Positions 8,605 through 17,824 of a stretch of 64,000 nt of DNA are shown here, piece after piece. The number at the start of each line of letters is the position of its first letter. Positions within the stretch are counted from its first letter, which is position 1. The stretch lies in IMG/VR virus record IMGVR_UViG_3300032300_000346, positions 3,595-67,594 of that record. One strand, given 5' to 3'. Source of the DNA: a virus. Its lineage: Duplodnaviria > Caudoviricetes. A model generated the notes under the pieces. The model searched no databases. It was not told the origin of the DNA and was given only the letters and a program-made list of their open reading frames with translations. The translations under genes and the position numbers were made by a program.

Positions 8605-9440
8605 TTTACTTTTAATAACTCTTGTATAGTATATAATTGTTGCATAAAAAGAGACGGGTTGTCAAGCACACTTCGCTCGAGATCGCCCGCCCTTCTTGGA
8701 CATATCTGAACATCAAACTTACAGTCATTGACTTCTTTATATAACTCGATCATTTGTTTAACTGTGGTTCCGATTCCGTGCCCTAAATTTTCTATTTGAT
8801 TCGTTGAACGATCAATTGCTTGTTCAAGAGCACAACAAATTTCGTTAACATGAGTGTAGTCGCGTACAGCAGATCCGTCTAGCGTATTATAATCGTCACC
8901 AAACAAATTGAACACTCCTGTCTTTTGTGCATTCATTAAATTCCACATTAGTCCGTCGGGATTAGTAGGATCTATACCGTCGGATCCTGTTACATTGTAA
9001 AATCTAAATGTAGTAAACGGAATAGATTTTTCTTTGCAATACTGATCTACAATTTCTTCAGAGGCTCGCTTACTAATACCGTAAGGATTATTCATTGGCC
9101 CTGCTGACCCTGTACTTGCATGTATAAATCGTTTGTATTTTAACTCTTGGAGAATTCGTAATGTACCTATGGTATTTGTTTGATAATATACTATGGGATT
9201 TTTTACACTCCGTCCAACCGCCACTTCTGCTGCCAAATGAATTACACAGTCAAATTCAAAATCTTTTTGCCATAGAAAATATCCAGGCATTGCAATATTA
9301 TTTTGAGAATGCTCTTTAACCGGCAACTGCGGAACATTTCTATCTAGGCCGTACAATTCTAGATCATCTCTCTTGCTTAACAACTTGGTTAAGTGACTAC
9401 CGATGTATCCGGAATTACCTGTTATCAGTATTTTTTTCAT
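8601..9440 (-). CDS. galE: NAD-dependent epimerase, UDP-glucose 4-epimerase-like
   Basis: ITGNSGYIGS, HLAAEV.VGRSV.NP..YY..N, PYGISK (YxxxK), RFYNV.G, GSAVRDYTHV, RRAGD. Confidence 0.8.
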   Translation of the reverse strand: MKKILITGNSGYIGSHLTKLLSKRDDLELYGLDRNVPQLPVKEHSQNNIAMPGYFLWQKDFEFDCVIHLAAEVAVGRSVKNPIVYYQTNTIGTLRILQELKYKRFIHASTGSAGPMNNPYGISKRASEEIVDQYCKEKSIPFTTFRFYNVTGSDGIDPTNPDGLMWNLMNAQKTGVFNLFGDDYNTLDGSAVRDYTHVNEICCALEQAIDRSTNQIENLGHGIGTTVKQMIELYKEVNDCKFDVQICPRRAGDLERSVLDNPSLFMQQLYTIQELLKVK

Positions 9441-9994
9441 ATAAAATCAAAGATAAGTTCAGGACCATTCCAATTAGAAAATCTTTCTTTGTACCAATCA
9501 ATATTTCGGCCTATAGTACACTTATCAGGTTCTAATAATTTTAGTTTTTTAGGTTTTACATCTGCAACACCACTTGATTTCAATTCGCCTATGTAACAAA
9601 ATTTAGTGGATAATTTTTCTAGATGTTCTTTTAATATAACAAGATCGTCGTCCGGAATAAAACCTAAACATTGTATTAATATAACTCCGTCGTATTTTTT
9701 ATTAAAAGAAGGATAATTTTCAAATTCTGGCCAACAAGGATCAAATTTAGCAACTTCCTTGACTCCTAAATAATTGTCTAAGGTAGTAGATATACCAGAT
9801 TCCCATTCTGTGTTTTGTGTGTATTGATAACCTTTTCCGCATCCATAATCTAAGATCGAAGCAGCGTCATGTTTTTCTACTAGTTTTTTAATATTTCTAG
9901 CATAAGGAACAGTATGTAATCCATTCCAAGATTTTGTGCTATTGTGATAGCGTTTTCCATTTTCTACAATTCTATAATAAGCATCACTAAACAT
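9437..9994 (-). CDS. class I SAM-dependent methyltransferase
   Basis: SILDYGCGKG, FDPC; paralog-like to 8035-8604. Confidence 0.8.
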   Translation of the reverse strand: MFSDAYYRIVENGKRYHNSTKSWNGLHTVPYARNIKKLVEKHDAASILDYGCGKGYQYTQNTEWESGISTTLDNYLGVKEVAKFDPCWPEFENYPSFNKKYDGVILIQCLGFIPDDDLVILKEHLEKLSTKFCYIGELKSSGVADVKPKKLKLLEPDKCTIGRNIDWYKERFSNWNGPELIFDFI

Positions 9995-10003
9995 CTCGAG
10001 TCC

Positions 10004-10594
10004 TCACCAAAGTTCTACGGGTATATTAAATTTTTTAAATTCTTCTATGATTTTATCTTCTCTTATTTTGTATTTTTCAGGTTCTGAAAACATAGTGCTG
10101 TGCCATTCGATATAAAGTTTATTAATAAATTTTAGTCGGCCATCTGTTATAATTTTTTCTAGTGTGTCGTATTCGGCGCCTTCGATGTCCATCTTTAAAA
10201 TAGTATAATCATCTTCAGATAAATTTTGTACAAGCCACTCACTTAAATTTATTGTTGGAACTTCGACTTCTTCAACAAACGGTTTGCTGCCAGCTGGCCT
10301 CCATTCGTCTAAAGATACAATACTAGAGCCTGTTCCTGACCTAGCATCATTCCCATCTTTATCTGTAGACTTTTGAACATTAAATTTTACTTTACCATTT
10401 TCGTTGCTTATTGCTGCATGATAAGCAGTTAAATCTAAATGTTTAAATCTTGGATTTTCTAAAAAAACTTGGTAGGTATAAGGATTAGCTTCCCAAGCAT
10501 ATACCTTCCAGCTTGAATCAATATTATTAATTTCAATTTGTTTTTTCAAACCTTTTCCAAAATGGCTACCGCAATCTAATAAAACTTTTTTCAT
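10004..10594 (-). CDS. FkbM-family methyltransferase
   Basis: LDCGSHFG, WEANP, AAIS..NG, LKMDIEGAEY, YIEWH. Confidence 0.88.
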   Translation of the reverse strand: MKKVLLDCGSHFGKGLKKQIEINNIDSSWKVYAWEANPYTYQVFLENPRFKHLDLTAYHAAISNENGKVKFNVQKSTDKDGNDARSGTGSSIVSLDEWRPAGSKPFVEEVEVPTINLSEWLVQNLSEDDYTILKMDIEGAEYDTLEKIITDGRLKFINKLYIEWHSTMFSEPEKYKIREDKIIEEFKKFNIPVELW

Positions 10595-11265
10595 GGTGCG
10601 GCCTTTTTTGCTTCTTCTCTAGCTATTACAGCATCTTTATATTCTTGAGAAGTAATTTGATCTTTTGAACCGCCCTTCCATTGTTTAGAGTATCGAGCTT
10701 TATGTCTTGATGCATACCATCCGTATGGTCTTAATTCGAGACTCATACCGTTATAACTATATATTCCAGGGGCATTGGGTTTTCCAATCTTTTCCCACAT
10801 CTTAATCCAGGCTACGCTATCGCCATGCCATTTCTTTTGTTCTAAATCAAAATATGTAAAACATTCTTCAAAGAAAGGCAGTGAAGATTTTTTTGCTAGA
10901 CGCCATGCAGGAGTCATTACTATAGAGTCATTTCGATGTAGCATACACACATCGGTGGTTAGTTCTGGAAATTCTTGCAACAATCTAAAATCTGGTTCAA
11001 GAAACCAATAAACTTCATTATCTACCGCATCTCTTTTTAAGAATTCAACTATAAGTTTTTCTCGATTGTAGATAACTTCGCTCTTATTATCAACATCATA
11101 AAAATAATTTTCATCTCCCCAGCCATCGTGTCCAGTTATTGTTAAATGAATTAAGGGAATGTTAAATTCTTTTAAATTTTCTCGTAATCCCTTGACTAAA
11201 TCTTTATAAATCCCTTCGCCGTGCCAATCGTATCCTACATCAGCATGAAATAATACTGCCTTCAT
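10591..11265 (-). CDS. putative GT-A glycosyltransferase-like protein
   Basis: YNREKLIVEFL...WFLEPDFRL (DxD-like), KWHGDSVAW; sugar-gene context. Confidence 0.4.
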   Translation of the reverse strand: MKAVLFHADVGYDWHGEGIYKDLVKGLRENLKEFNIPLIHLTITGHDGWGDENYFYDVDNKSEVIYNREKLIVEFLKRDAVDNEVYWFLEPDFRLLQEFPELTTDVCMLHRNDSIVMTPAWRLAKKSSLPFFEECFTYFDLEQKKWHGDSVAWIKMWEKIGKPNAPGIYSYNGMSLELRPYGWYASRHKARYSKQWKGGSKDQITSQEYKDAVIAREEAKKAAP

Positions 11266-11870
11266 TATGTTACCTCCATTGGTATAGTGTTTATGTTTTT
11301 TAAAAAACTATCTTTGTCCTGCCAAAAATTATTATTATTTTTAACTAGAGCTACACATCTTAAGTTATCCATTATTGTATTTTCTAAGATTGTGTAGTTG
11401 GAATTCAGAGCAAGATCACTGAAGAATTTTTCTGAATAGTAATAATTGCAATGATTTGCAAAATGTCCTTGAGTCAACGGCTCAATGTCGGGTATTAGAT
11501 GAATCATTAATCCACCAACCTTAACGCACTCGTGTAATATTTTAAAACAATCATATTGACTTTCAAATGGTTCAACATGTTCAGTAGTACCTGAATTTGT
11601 TAAAATATCAAAGTATTCTGGCCATTCAGAAAAATCTGCTGATTTTGTTAAATCTTTAATCAGCGATCCTCGATTTCCGTTTAGGTCTATTGAAATATGA
11701 TTATATCCTAAGTTTGTAAAATATTCTTTACCAGTTCTTTCAGATAACCCAGATTTCTTTTTTACAACTTGATCACCTAGTTCTAACATTTTTAGACCAC
11801 TAATGTTTAGCCCATACACTCTTTCAATGGCTGCATTTATAAAATCAATGTAAGACAGGCGTAGTGCCAT
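11265..11870 (-). CDS. putative SAM-dependent methyltransferase
   Basis: MLELGDQ, SIDLNG, FDILTNSGTTEHVE, KVGGLMIH. Confidence 0.75.
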   Translation of the reverse strand: MALRLSYIDFINAAIERVYGLNISGLKMLELGDQVVKKKSGLSERTGKEYFTNLGYNHISIDLNGNRGSLIKDLTKSADFSEWPEYFDILTNSGTTEHVEPFESQYDCFKILHECVKVGGLMIHLIPDIEPLTQGHFANHCNYYYSEKFFSDLALNSNYTILENTIMDNLRCVALVKNNNNFWQDKDSFLKNINTIPMEVT

Positions 11871-12214
11871 TATTTGTTATATCCAACAGTTTCTCTAGCA
11901 ATATCATCATGATCAAATTCTGCCCAATATAATTCAAAGGCAATGCAGTCTGTTATTGCTTCAAATTGATGATATTCACCCGGAGCAACTTTTGTATATT
12001 GACCAGCCTTAAGCAATGTTTCGTCGACTAGGTCATAATTATTTTTCCAAACGCGAATAATCATCTCACCCTTTTCAACAAAGAATCCATTCCATTTAAA
12101 TTGATGTTTGTGTTTTGAACACACACCACCGGCCGTAGCTTCAATACGGTGAAATTCTAATACACCGTTAGCTTCTAACAATTCTGTTTGTCCCCACACT
12201 TTACCTGCTTTCAT
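11870..12214 (-). CDS. cupin-fold protein (sugar isomerase/epimerase-like)
   Basis: GKVWG, SKHKHQFKWNGFFVEKG, PGEYHQF cupin motifs. Confidence 0.8.
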   Translation of the reverse strand: MKAGKVWGQTELLEANGVLEFHRIEATAGGVCSKHKHQFKWNGFFVEKGEMIIRVWKNNYDLVDETLLKAGQYTKVAPGEYHQFEAITDCIAFELYWAEFDHDDIARETVGYNK

Positions 12215-12236
12215 ACAACGTCCTTTTTAAGTCTGC

Positions 12237-12280
12237 GCAATATTTATTAAACTGTAACTCCCTATTAATATAAATATTGC
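12237..12280. promoter_or_regulatory. back-to-back T4-late-like promoters (ATAAATATTGC on both strands)
   Basis: GCAATATTTAT at 12237-12247 and ATAAATATTGC at 12270-12280; the latter overlaps an exact TATAAATA at 12269-12276. Confidence 0.7.
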
Positions 12281-12283
12281 ACT

Positions 12284-12982
12284 ATGACACCATTAAACTT
12301 AGAATCAAAAATTAATAAAAACGGATTTCTTCTTACCTGCGATACAAAATATTTTAGTATGTGGGCTAAGCCTTTGTTTTTCTCCATTAAAGATAATTGT
12401 CCTTGGGCACACATTCATTTTCATATCTTTGATCCAGTTCCCGGAGACTTAGAATGGGCTACTGTACACGGATGCACCACTAGTAGTGAAGTTACTCCTA
12501 TTGAATTTACTAAAGATTTAACAACTAAAGCAACCTATTGGTGTTTAGCTAGGTACTTTAGAGTCCCTGAAATATATGAAGATACTGCTCTAGTAATTAA
12601 TTTAGACGTAGATAGTGTTATGGTAAATCCTTTATCAGAAAAAGAATTCATTGCAGATCTGCAGACCACGTGGATTCCTACTAGGAGCAAAGGTGGCCAA
12701 ATAAAAAGTCTAGCAAGTGCTATGGGATTTGGGGCAGATAACGGTCGTTATATTTTAGCAAAAAGATTTAAAGAAAAATTAAAAGAAGAACTATTTTGGG
12801 GCATTGATCAATCAACGCTTAACGAAATGCTTGCAGCAAACGAAATAACAAAAATGGACCTTCGATACACCGATTACAAATTCGGAAAAAAAGGTCCGTC
12901 ATATTCGTGGACCGGAAAGGGTGAAAGAGTTCACTCTGAAATATTTGTAAAAGAAATAAGCAAATATAAAAATAGAGTTTAA
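12284..12982 (+). CDS. putative GT-A glycosyltransferase
   Basis: RYFRV...INLDVDSV (DxD), WGIDQ, WTGKG; own TATAAATA promoter. Confidence 0.6.
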   Translation: MTPLNLESKINKNGFLLTCDTKYFSMWAKPLFFSIKDNCPWAHIHFHIFDPVPGDLEWATVHGCTTSSEVTPIEFTKDLTTKATYWCLARYFRVPEIYEDTALVINLDVDSVMVNPLSEKEFIADLQTTWIPTRSKGGQIKSLASAMGFGADNGRYILAKRFKEKLKEELFWGIDQSTLNEMLAANEITKMDLRYTDYKFGKKGPSYSWTGKGERVHSEIFVKEISKYKNRV

Positions 12983-13575
12983 TTAGTTTTAAATTGTGTT
13001 ACTATTGATGTGCTAATATCAGAGTTAACTAATTTTAGTATTTCTATTGCAACGTCTTCTGCTTCGTGATAATTTAGCGTTGGATTAATTCTGTGCATGG
13101 TCATTGGGGTTTTTGTTCGTTGCGGATTAATCAATGAAATAACAATGCTATCGGATTCGAAATAATCTTTAGCCCCTTGCCACAAACTATATAACGCTGC
13201 TTTACTGGCGGCATATACCATATATTCTTTTTTTCCAGAATCATAACACACAGATCCAACCATAATTATAGTAACAGGTTTAACAGGACGATTTGTCATG
13301 TAGTGACGAATTATTGACCAGTTACTACCAAAATTAACAGCCATAATCTTTTCATGAGTGTCTGTGTTAGTTCCAAAAAAACCAGCAGAGTTTATAACAA
13401 CATCGGGATTTATATCAGATAATAATTTTAAAATTTGACCTGCACTTTGAGGCTCAAATAAATTAATATCTTTCCTAGAAATTATTAGTGTTTCATAATT
13501 GTTGTTAGATAAAAGACTAGCGGTGGCGGCACCAATACCACTAGTACCGCCAAAAATTACCGCAGTCTTTTTCAT
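12979..13575 (-). CDS. short-chain dehydrogenase/reductase
   Basis: GGTSGIG, VINSAG, VGS, YAASK. Confidence 0.9.
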   Translation of the reverse strand: MKKTAVIFGGTSGIGAATASLLSNNNYETLIISRKDINLFEPQSAGQILKLLSDINPDVVINSAGFFGTNTDTHEKIMAVNFGSNWSIIRHYMTNRPVKPVTIIMVGSVCYDSGKKEYMVYAASKAALYSLWQGAKDYFESDSIVISLINPQRTKTPMTMHRINPTLNYHEAEDVAIEILKLVNSDISTSIVTQFKTN

Positions 13576-14891
13576 CGATAAAGACTCATAAACCCATCAA
13601 CTTTTTCTCCAATGTAGGCAATTTGCTCAGGAGTAATAACTGGGCTACATCCGTGAAAGAAAGTGTTCTTCATCGTAAATGTAGCAACCGGAAAGTTATC
13701 ACGTGCATCAGTTGGGTTCATTAAATGGCTATAGGCCGGTTGTAGCATAATATTACCGGCAAAATAAGGGCGTGTCTGTATTAGATTTTCTTCAAGATAA
13801 TCAACAATATCCATACGAGCAAATGGAGCGTCCTCACGAATAGTCAACGGAAAAGCAAACCAGCTAACATCTGCTTTTTCTCTAGCTCTAGGTAAGTAGA
13901 AAAACTCTTCATACTTTTCATAGATAGCAAACAGTAAACTATAATTACGTTGACGCAAGGCATGAATTTCTGGAAGTTTTTTAATCTGTTCAAGACCCAT
14001 TGCGGATTGTAGTTCGATTGGTTTTAAATTATAACCAATCTCATCGTACACATACTTGTGATCAAAAATTTCGCCCGGCATCTCTGGGATCCATTCGTTA
14101 AATCGTTTGCCACAAGTTCCGCACTTTAGCTTGTTTGCTTCTGGGCCAACACAATAACAACCGCGGCCCCATTCACGCAAACTACGAACAATAATTTCTT
14201 GTTGAGGATCGTTCATGGCAACAAAGCCGCCTTCGCCCATAGTCATATGGTGTGCTGGATAGAACGAACACGATGCCATTTCACCAAAAGATCCCAACGG
14301 TTTGCTATCATAAGTAGTGCCTAAACCATCACAGCAATCTTCTAATAGAATTAAATTATATCTGTTGACTAGTTCCATTACTTTATCCATATTAGGTGGG
14401 TTTCCTAATACATGAGCAAACGTAATAATCTTAATGTTTGGGTCACTAGCAAGTATTTGTTCTGCTTGATTCAAATCAATGTTTAACGTATCAATTTCAA
14501 TGTCACAGAATACAGGAGTAAAGTCATTTTGTATAGTTGGATTAAGTGTAGTTGGAAATCCTGCAATAGGCATCAATACTTTTGTGCCGGGTGGAAAATT
14601 ATGACCGCGTTTGGATTTCATAGCTGCCATCATTAACAAGTTGGCACTACTTCCAGAATTAGTTAGTACGCCCTTAGTTTTTCCAAATTCTTTAGGAAAT
14701 GTTCTTTCAAATTGCAGACTTTTATTGCCCATCACTAACCAGCCGTTGAGTAGAGCTTCGGCTGCTGCCACATACTCATTGGCATCGAAATATGGGCCGG
14801 CATAGTTAACAAAATCTTTGCCAGCTACCCATGTTTTTTCTGATTGTTTTTGTTCTATAAGAACGCGAATTTGTTCTAAAATTTCTTTCAT
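13572..14891 (-). CDS. rfbH: CDP-4-keto-6-deoxyglucose 3-dehydrase (RfbH/DdhC, DegT/DnrJ PLP/PMP family)
   Basis: NSGSSANLL, FAHVLGNP, EDCCDGLG, SFYPAHHMTMGEGG (His at the position of the usual Lys), WGRGCYC, DHKYVY..IGYNLK. Confidence 0.9.
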   Translation of the reverse strand: MKEILEQIRVLIEQKQSEKTWVAGKDFVNYAGPYFDANEYVAAAEALLNGWLVMGNKSLQFERTFPKEFGKTKGVLTNSGSSANLLMMAAMKSKRGHNFPPGTKVLMPIAGFPTTLNPTIQNDFTPVFCDIEIDTLNIDLNQAEQILASDPNIKIITFAHVLGNPPNMDKVMELVNRYNLILLEDCCDGLGTTYDSKPLGSFGEMASCSFYPAHHMTMGEGGFVAMNDPQQEIIVRSLREWGRGCYCVGPEANKLKCGTCGKRFNEWIPEMPGEIFDHKYVYDEIGYNLKPIELQSAMGLEQIKKLPEIHALRQRNYSLLFAIYEKYEEFFYLPRAREKADVSWFAFPLTIREDAPFARMDIVDYLEENLIQTRPYFAGNIMLQPAYSHLMNPTDARDNFPVATFTMKNTFFHGCSPVITPEQIAYIGEKVDGFMSLYR

Positions 14892-14894
14892 AAA

Positions 14895-15836
14895 TCACCA
14901 AATAAAATTATTTCGATAGTACTCAACAACTTTTTCTAACTCTTTGTCAAAGTCTGCTGTTGCTGACCACCCTAAGTTTTTTAATTTAGTATCGTCGATA
15001 CTATATCTTAAATCTTGACCAGGCCGAATCATATCAGTTAGATATTTTTCAATTTCTGTATCACCGTTTACTAATTTAATAATCTTTTTAACTACTTCGA
15101 TATTTTTTTCTTCGTAGTTACCTGATATATTAAAAATTTCGTTTTTAACTCCTGATTCAATTATTGTAATGACAGCCCTTGCAGTGTCTTCTGCGTGTAA
15201 CCATGTGCGTACAGGAGTACCTTTATTATGTAGGTCAATCTTTTTACCAATTGACAAATATTTTACACTTTTGGGTATTAATTTTTCAACATATTGTCCA
15301 ATACCGTAATTATTAGTAGGTCTTAAAATTACATAAGATAAATCGTAAGTCCTACTCCATGCCAACACTAACATATCTGCTGCGGCCTTTGTAGCACTAT
15401 ATGGATTACTTGGCTTTAGTACATCGTCTTCTGTATGAGATCCTTTAAGAATATCTCCGTATACTTCGTCAGTACTAAAATGTAATAGAATAGGAGTTCT
15501 ATGTTTTAATTTTTGATTAATTAATTTTAAGAGATGATGAACTCCGTCAATGTTTGAATGAACAAAATGATCGCTGCGTTCTATTGAGTTATCTACATGT
15601 GTTTCTGCCGCAGTATTGATAATATAATCACAATCATACAACATGTCCAAATCATTTATATCTGACTTAATAAATTTAAAATTAGGAAATTTTTTAAACT
15701 CTAAAAGAAATGACTCGTTGCTAGCGTAAGTCATTTTATCTACACCTATTACATACCAGCCTTTGTCTAGACAATGTCTAGTAATATGAACTCCAATGAA
15801 TCCCAAACATCCAGTAACGTAAACAATTTTTTTCAT
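14895..15836 (-). CDS. rfbB: dTDP-glucose 4,6-dehydratase-like
   Basis: TGCLGFIG, AAETHVDNSI, STDEVYGD, NPYSATKA, NNYGIGQ..EKLIP, RPGQDLRY. Confidence 0.9.
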   Translation of the reverse strand: MKKIVYVTGCLGFIGVHITRHCLDKGWYVIGVDKMTYASNESFLLEFKKFPNFKFIKSDINDLDMLYDCDYIINTAAETHVDNSIERSDHFVHSNIDGVHHLLKLINQKLKHRTPILLHFSTDEVYGDILKGSHTEDDVLKPSNPYSATKAAADMLVLAWSRTYDLSYVILRPTNNYGIGQYVEKLIPKSVKYLSIGKKIDLHNKGTPVRTWLHAEDTARAVITIIESGVKNEIFNISGNYEEKNIEVVKKIIKLVNGDTEIEKYLTDMIRPGQDLRYSIDDTKLKNLGWSATADFDKELEKVVEYYRNNFIW

Positions 15837-15866
15837 ACTAGTCCTTTAAACTGCACACTTTACTTA

Positions 15867-16373
15867 TCACAAAACTTTGTCCAGTTGTAGTATTTCACTT
15901 TGTCTACTGACTTCTTTGACAAAATACGCACAAGGCGGATTAGGATCGTCGTGTAAAGGCACAGTTAATAGCTGTCCGTTTTTCATCTTAGGAAAATACC
16001 AACGCACGTCTTGATAAATGTTAACTATTTCTATAGGCATATATTCACATTTAAATCCCTTAACAGGATTAAAAATAAATGCATCAAATCCTCGTTCATT
16101 TATGCTGGTCAACGGTAATACTTCTGGATCCATGCCGCAGTCGCGATCTCCTACTATCATACACCAGTCTAAAGGCATCTGTATTTCATACCCGCCAATG
16201 TTTAACAATATTGCAGGACTATTAAATGATTCAAGAAAAATCAACGGCATAAAGAAGAAATCAGGCTCGCTGGGATTTGAATTATCTAGTACTGAAAATC
16301 TTGTATCTTCATCTACCTCATCGGGTAATTCGTTTAGATCAAAAGATCTATTGTTTAGTGTTAGTATTTTCAT
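15867..16373 (-). CDS. hypothetical protein, possible catalytically dead Hint-fold domain
   Basis: Pattern resembles intein/Hint blocks without Cys1, TxxH or terminal HN; ATGA-coupled to UvsW. Confidence 0.45.
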   Translation of the reverse strand: MKILTLNNRSFDLNELPDEVDEDTRFSVLDNSNPSEPDFFFMPLIFLESFNSPAILLNIGGYEIQMPLDWCMIVGDRDCGMDPEVLPLTSINERGFDAFIFNPVKGFKCEYMPIEIVNIYQDVRWYFPKMKNGQLLTVPLHDDPNPPCAYFVKEVSRQSEILQLDKVL

Positions 16374-17824
16374 ATATTGACCTTTGTTATCACGAAGGGG
16401 TACTTCGCTTCTTTATAAAATTTCTTACGTTCTGTAAGATGTCTTTTAGCGTATTTGCAGGCGCTGGTGATATCCCAGATCTCGACGTGGTCTTTGTCTT
16501 CGGCTCTCCGAATACCCCGTCCAATGCTTTGTATAACTCGAACAAAGCTCTTTCCGGGCTCAATAAGAACCAGATTAAAAATACGGGGGATATTAATACC
16601 CACAGCGGCCACACCGTAAGTCGCCACAATAATCTTATCAGAACTAGTTTTAATTTCATCATATTCTTCTTTTCTATCAATCAATTTAACTGCACCACTG
16701 ACAAATACTGCATCAGGAATCAGTTCAATTAATTTGTTTCCTGTGTCAATTCTATTCACTAGCACAAGAGTGTTGCCAGTCTGAGAAATTTCTTTGATTT
16801 TATTTCCCATCCAACTAATACGATGATCGTCAGTGACTAAAAAACTATATTCTTCTTGATAATTGCGGAATACCTGTACGTCATTGGTTTGAAGAATGTT
16901 AATTTGTAAATTGGCCAATACGCCTTTTTCTTGTAGATCGTGCGCAGATACTTGATTGATCACTGGTCCTATACTGGCCAGTATTCCTTGAAATTCCCAG
17001 GCTTCTTTGGGCACAGTACCCGTGAGTCCCCAACGTATAGCACAGTTGCTAAAATTCTGTGTCAACAATTTTGTTAACACTTCTGCCTTGGCCTGATGCA
17101 CTTCGTCTATGATAATGGCTGCTACACCTTCAATAAATTCTGCCAAGCTCAGTGTAGCATTGTCATAACTTTTCTTATCGAGTACGTTGAGACTTTGCCA
17201 CGTACAAATGGTATGTGTCTTGCCTAATTCTTTTCTATCACCGAAGTATACGCCAACATCCAATCCTAGATTTCGATAGTCTTCTTCAGTCTGCACCACT
17301 AGACTCTTGTTAGGTACAATAACCATTGTGCGTCCATAAGTCTCGCATAAGTGACTGAGTGTGGCAGTGGTAATAGTTTTGCCTGCGCCCGTAGCTACTT
17401 CTTGCAAGGCCTGTGGATTTTCTAAAAATTTATTAACTACGTCGAATTGATAGTCACGCAGTACGATAGGTGTGCCAGCCTCTGGATGTCCTTTGGGCCA
17501 AGTTTTGCCTTGATCTGCCCAGTAGTTTTCTGTAATAGGTTCAAATTCTATTTGACTGTGTTGTCTTAGATCTTCTATGAGAATTTCGTAGCCTGCATCT
17601 TCTACTATAGGAAGAATTACATCTAGATGTGCAAGATATCCGGTACCGCCAATACCAAAATAGGTTTTAGTTCCGTCCCATCTACCCAGTTTGTAAGAAG
17701 GCATATGACGTGCGTAAGGCAAATCAAACTTTAATTTGTTGGCAATCTTTCGTCGTGTTTCTACTGCAAGTCCTTCAAACTTGATATTCACTTCGTCTTT
17801 TATTATGAGTCTACAAGATGTCAA
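16370..17824 (-). CDS. uvsW: superfamily 2 DNA helicase, UvsW-like
   Basis: LRDYQ, ATGAGKT, IIDEVH, GLTGT, GINIP, QSIGRGIR. Confidence 0.92.
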   Translation of the reverse strand: MTSCRLIIKDEVNIKFEGLAVETRRKIANKLKFDLPYARHMPSYKLGRWDGTKTYFGIGGTGYLAHLDVILPIVEDAGYEILIEDLRQHSQIEFEPITENYWADQGKTWPKGHPEAGTPIVLRDYQFDVVNKFLENPQALQEVATGAGKTITTATLSHLCETYGRTMVIVPNKSLVVQTEEDYRNLGLDVGVYFGDRKELGKTHTICTWQSLNVLDKKSYDNATLSLAEFIEGVAAIIIDEVHQAKAEVLTKLLTQNFSNCAIRWGLTGTVPKEAWEFQGILASIGPVINQVSAHDLQEKGVLANLQINILQTNDVQVFRNYQEEYSFLVTDDHRISWMGNKIKEISQTGNTLVLVNRIDTGNKLIELIPDAVFVSGAVKLIDRKEEYDEIKTSSDKIIVATYGVAAVGINIPRIFNLVLIEPGKSFVRVIQSIGRGIRRAEDKDHVEIWDITSACKYAKRHLTERKKFYKEAKYPFVITKVNI

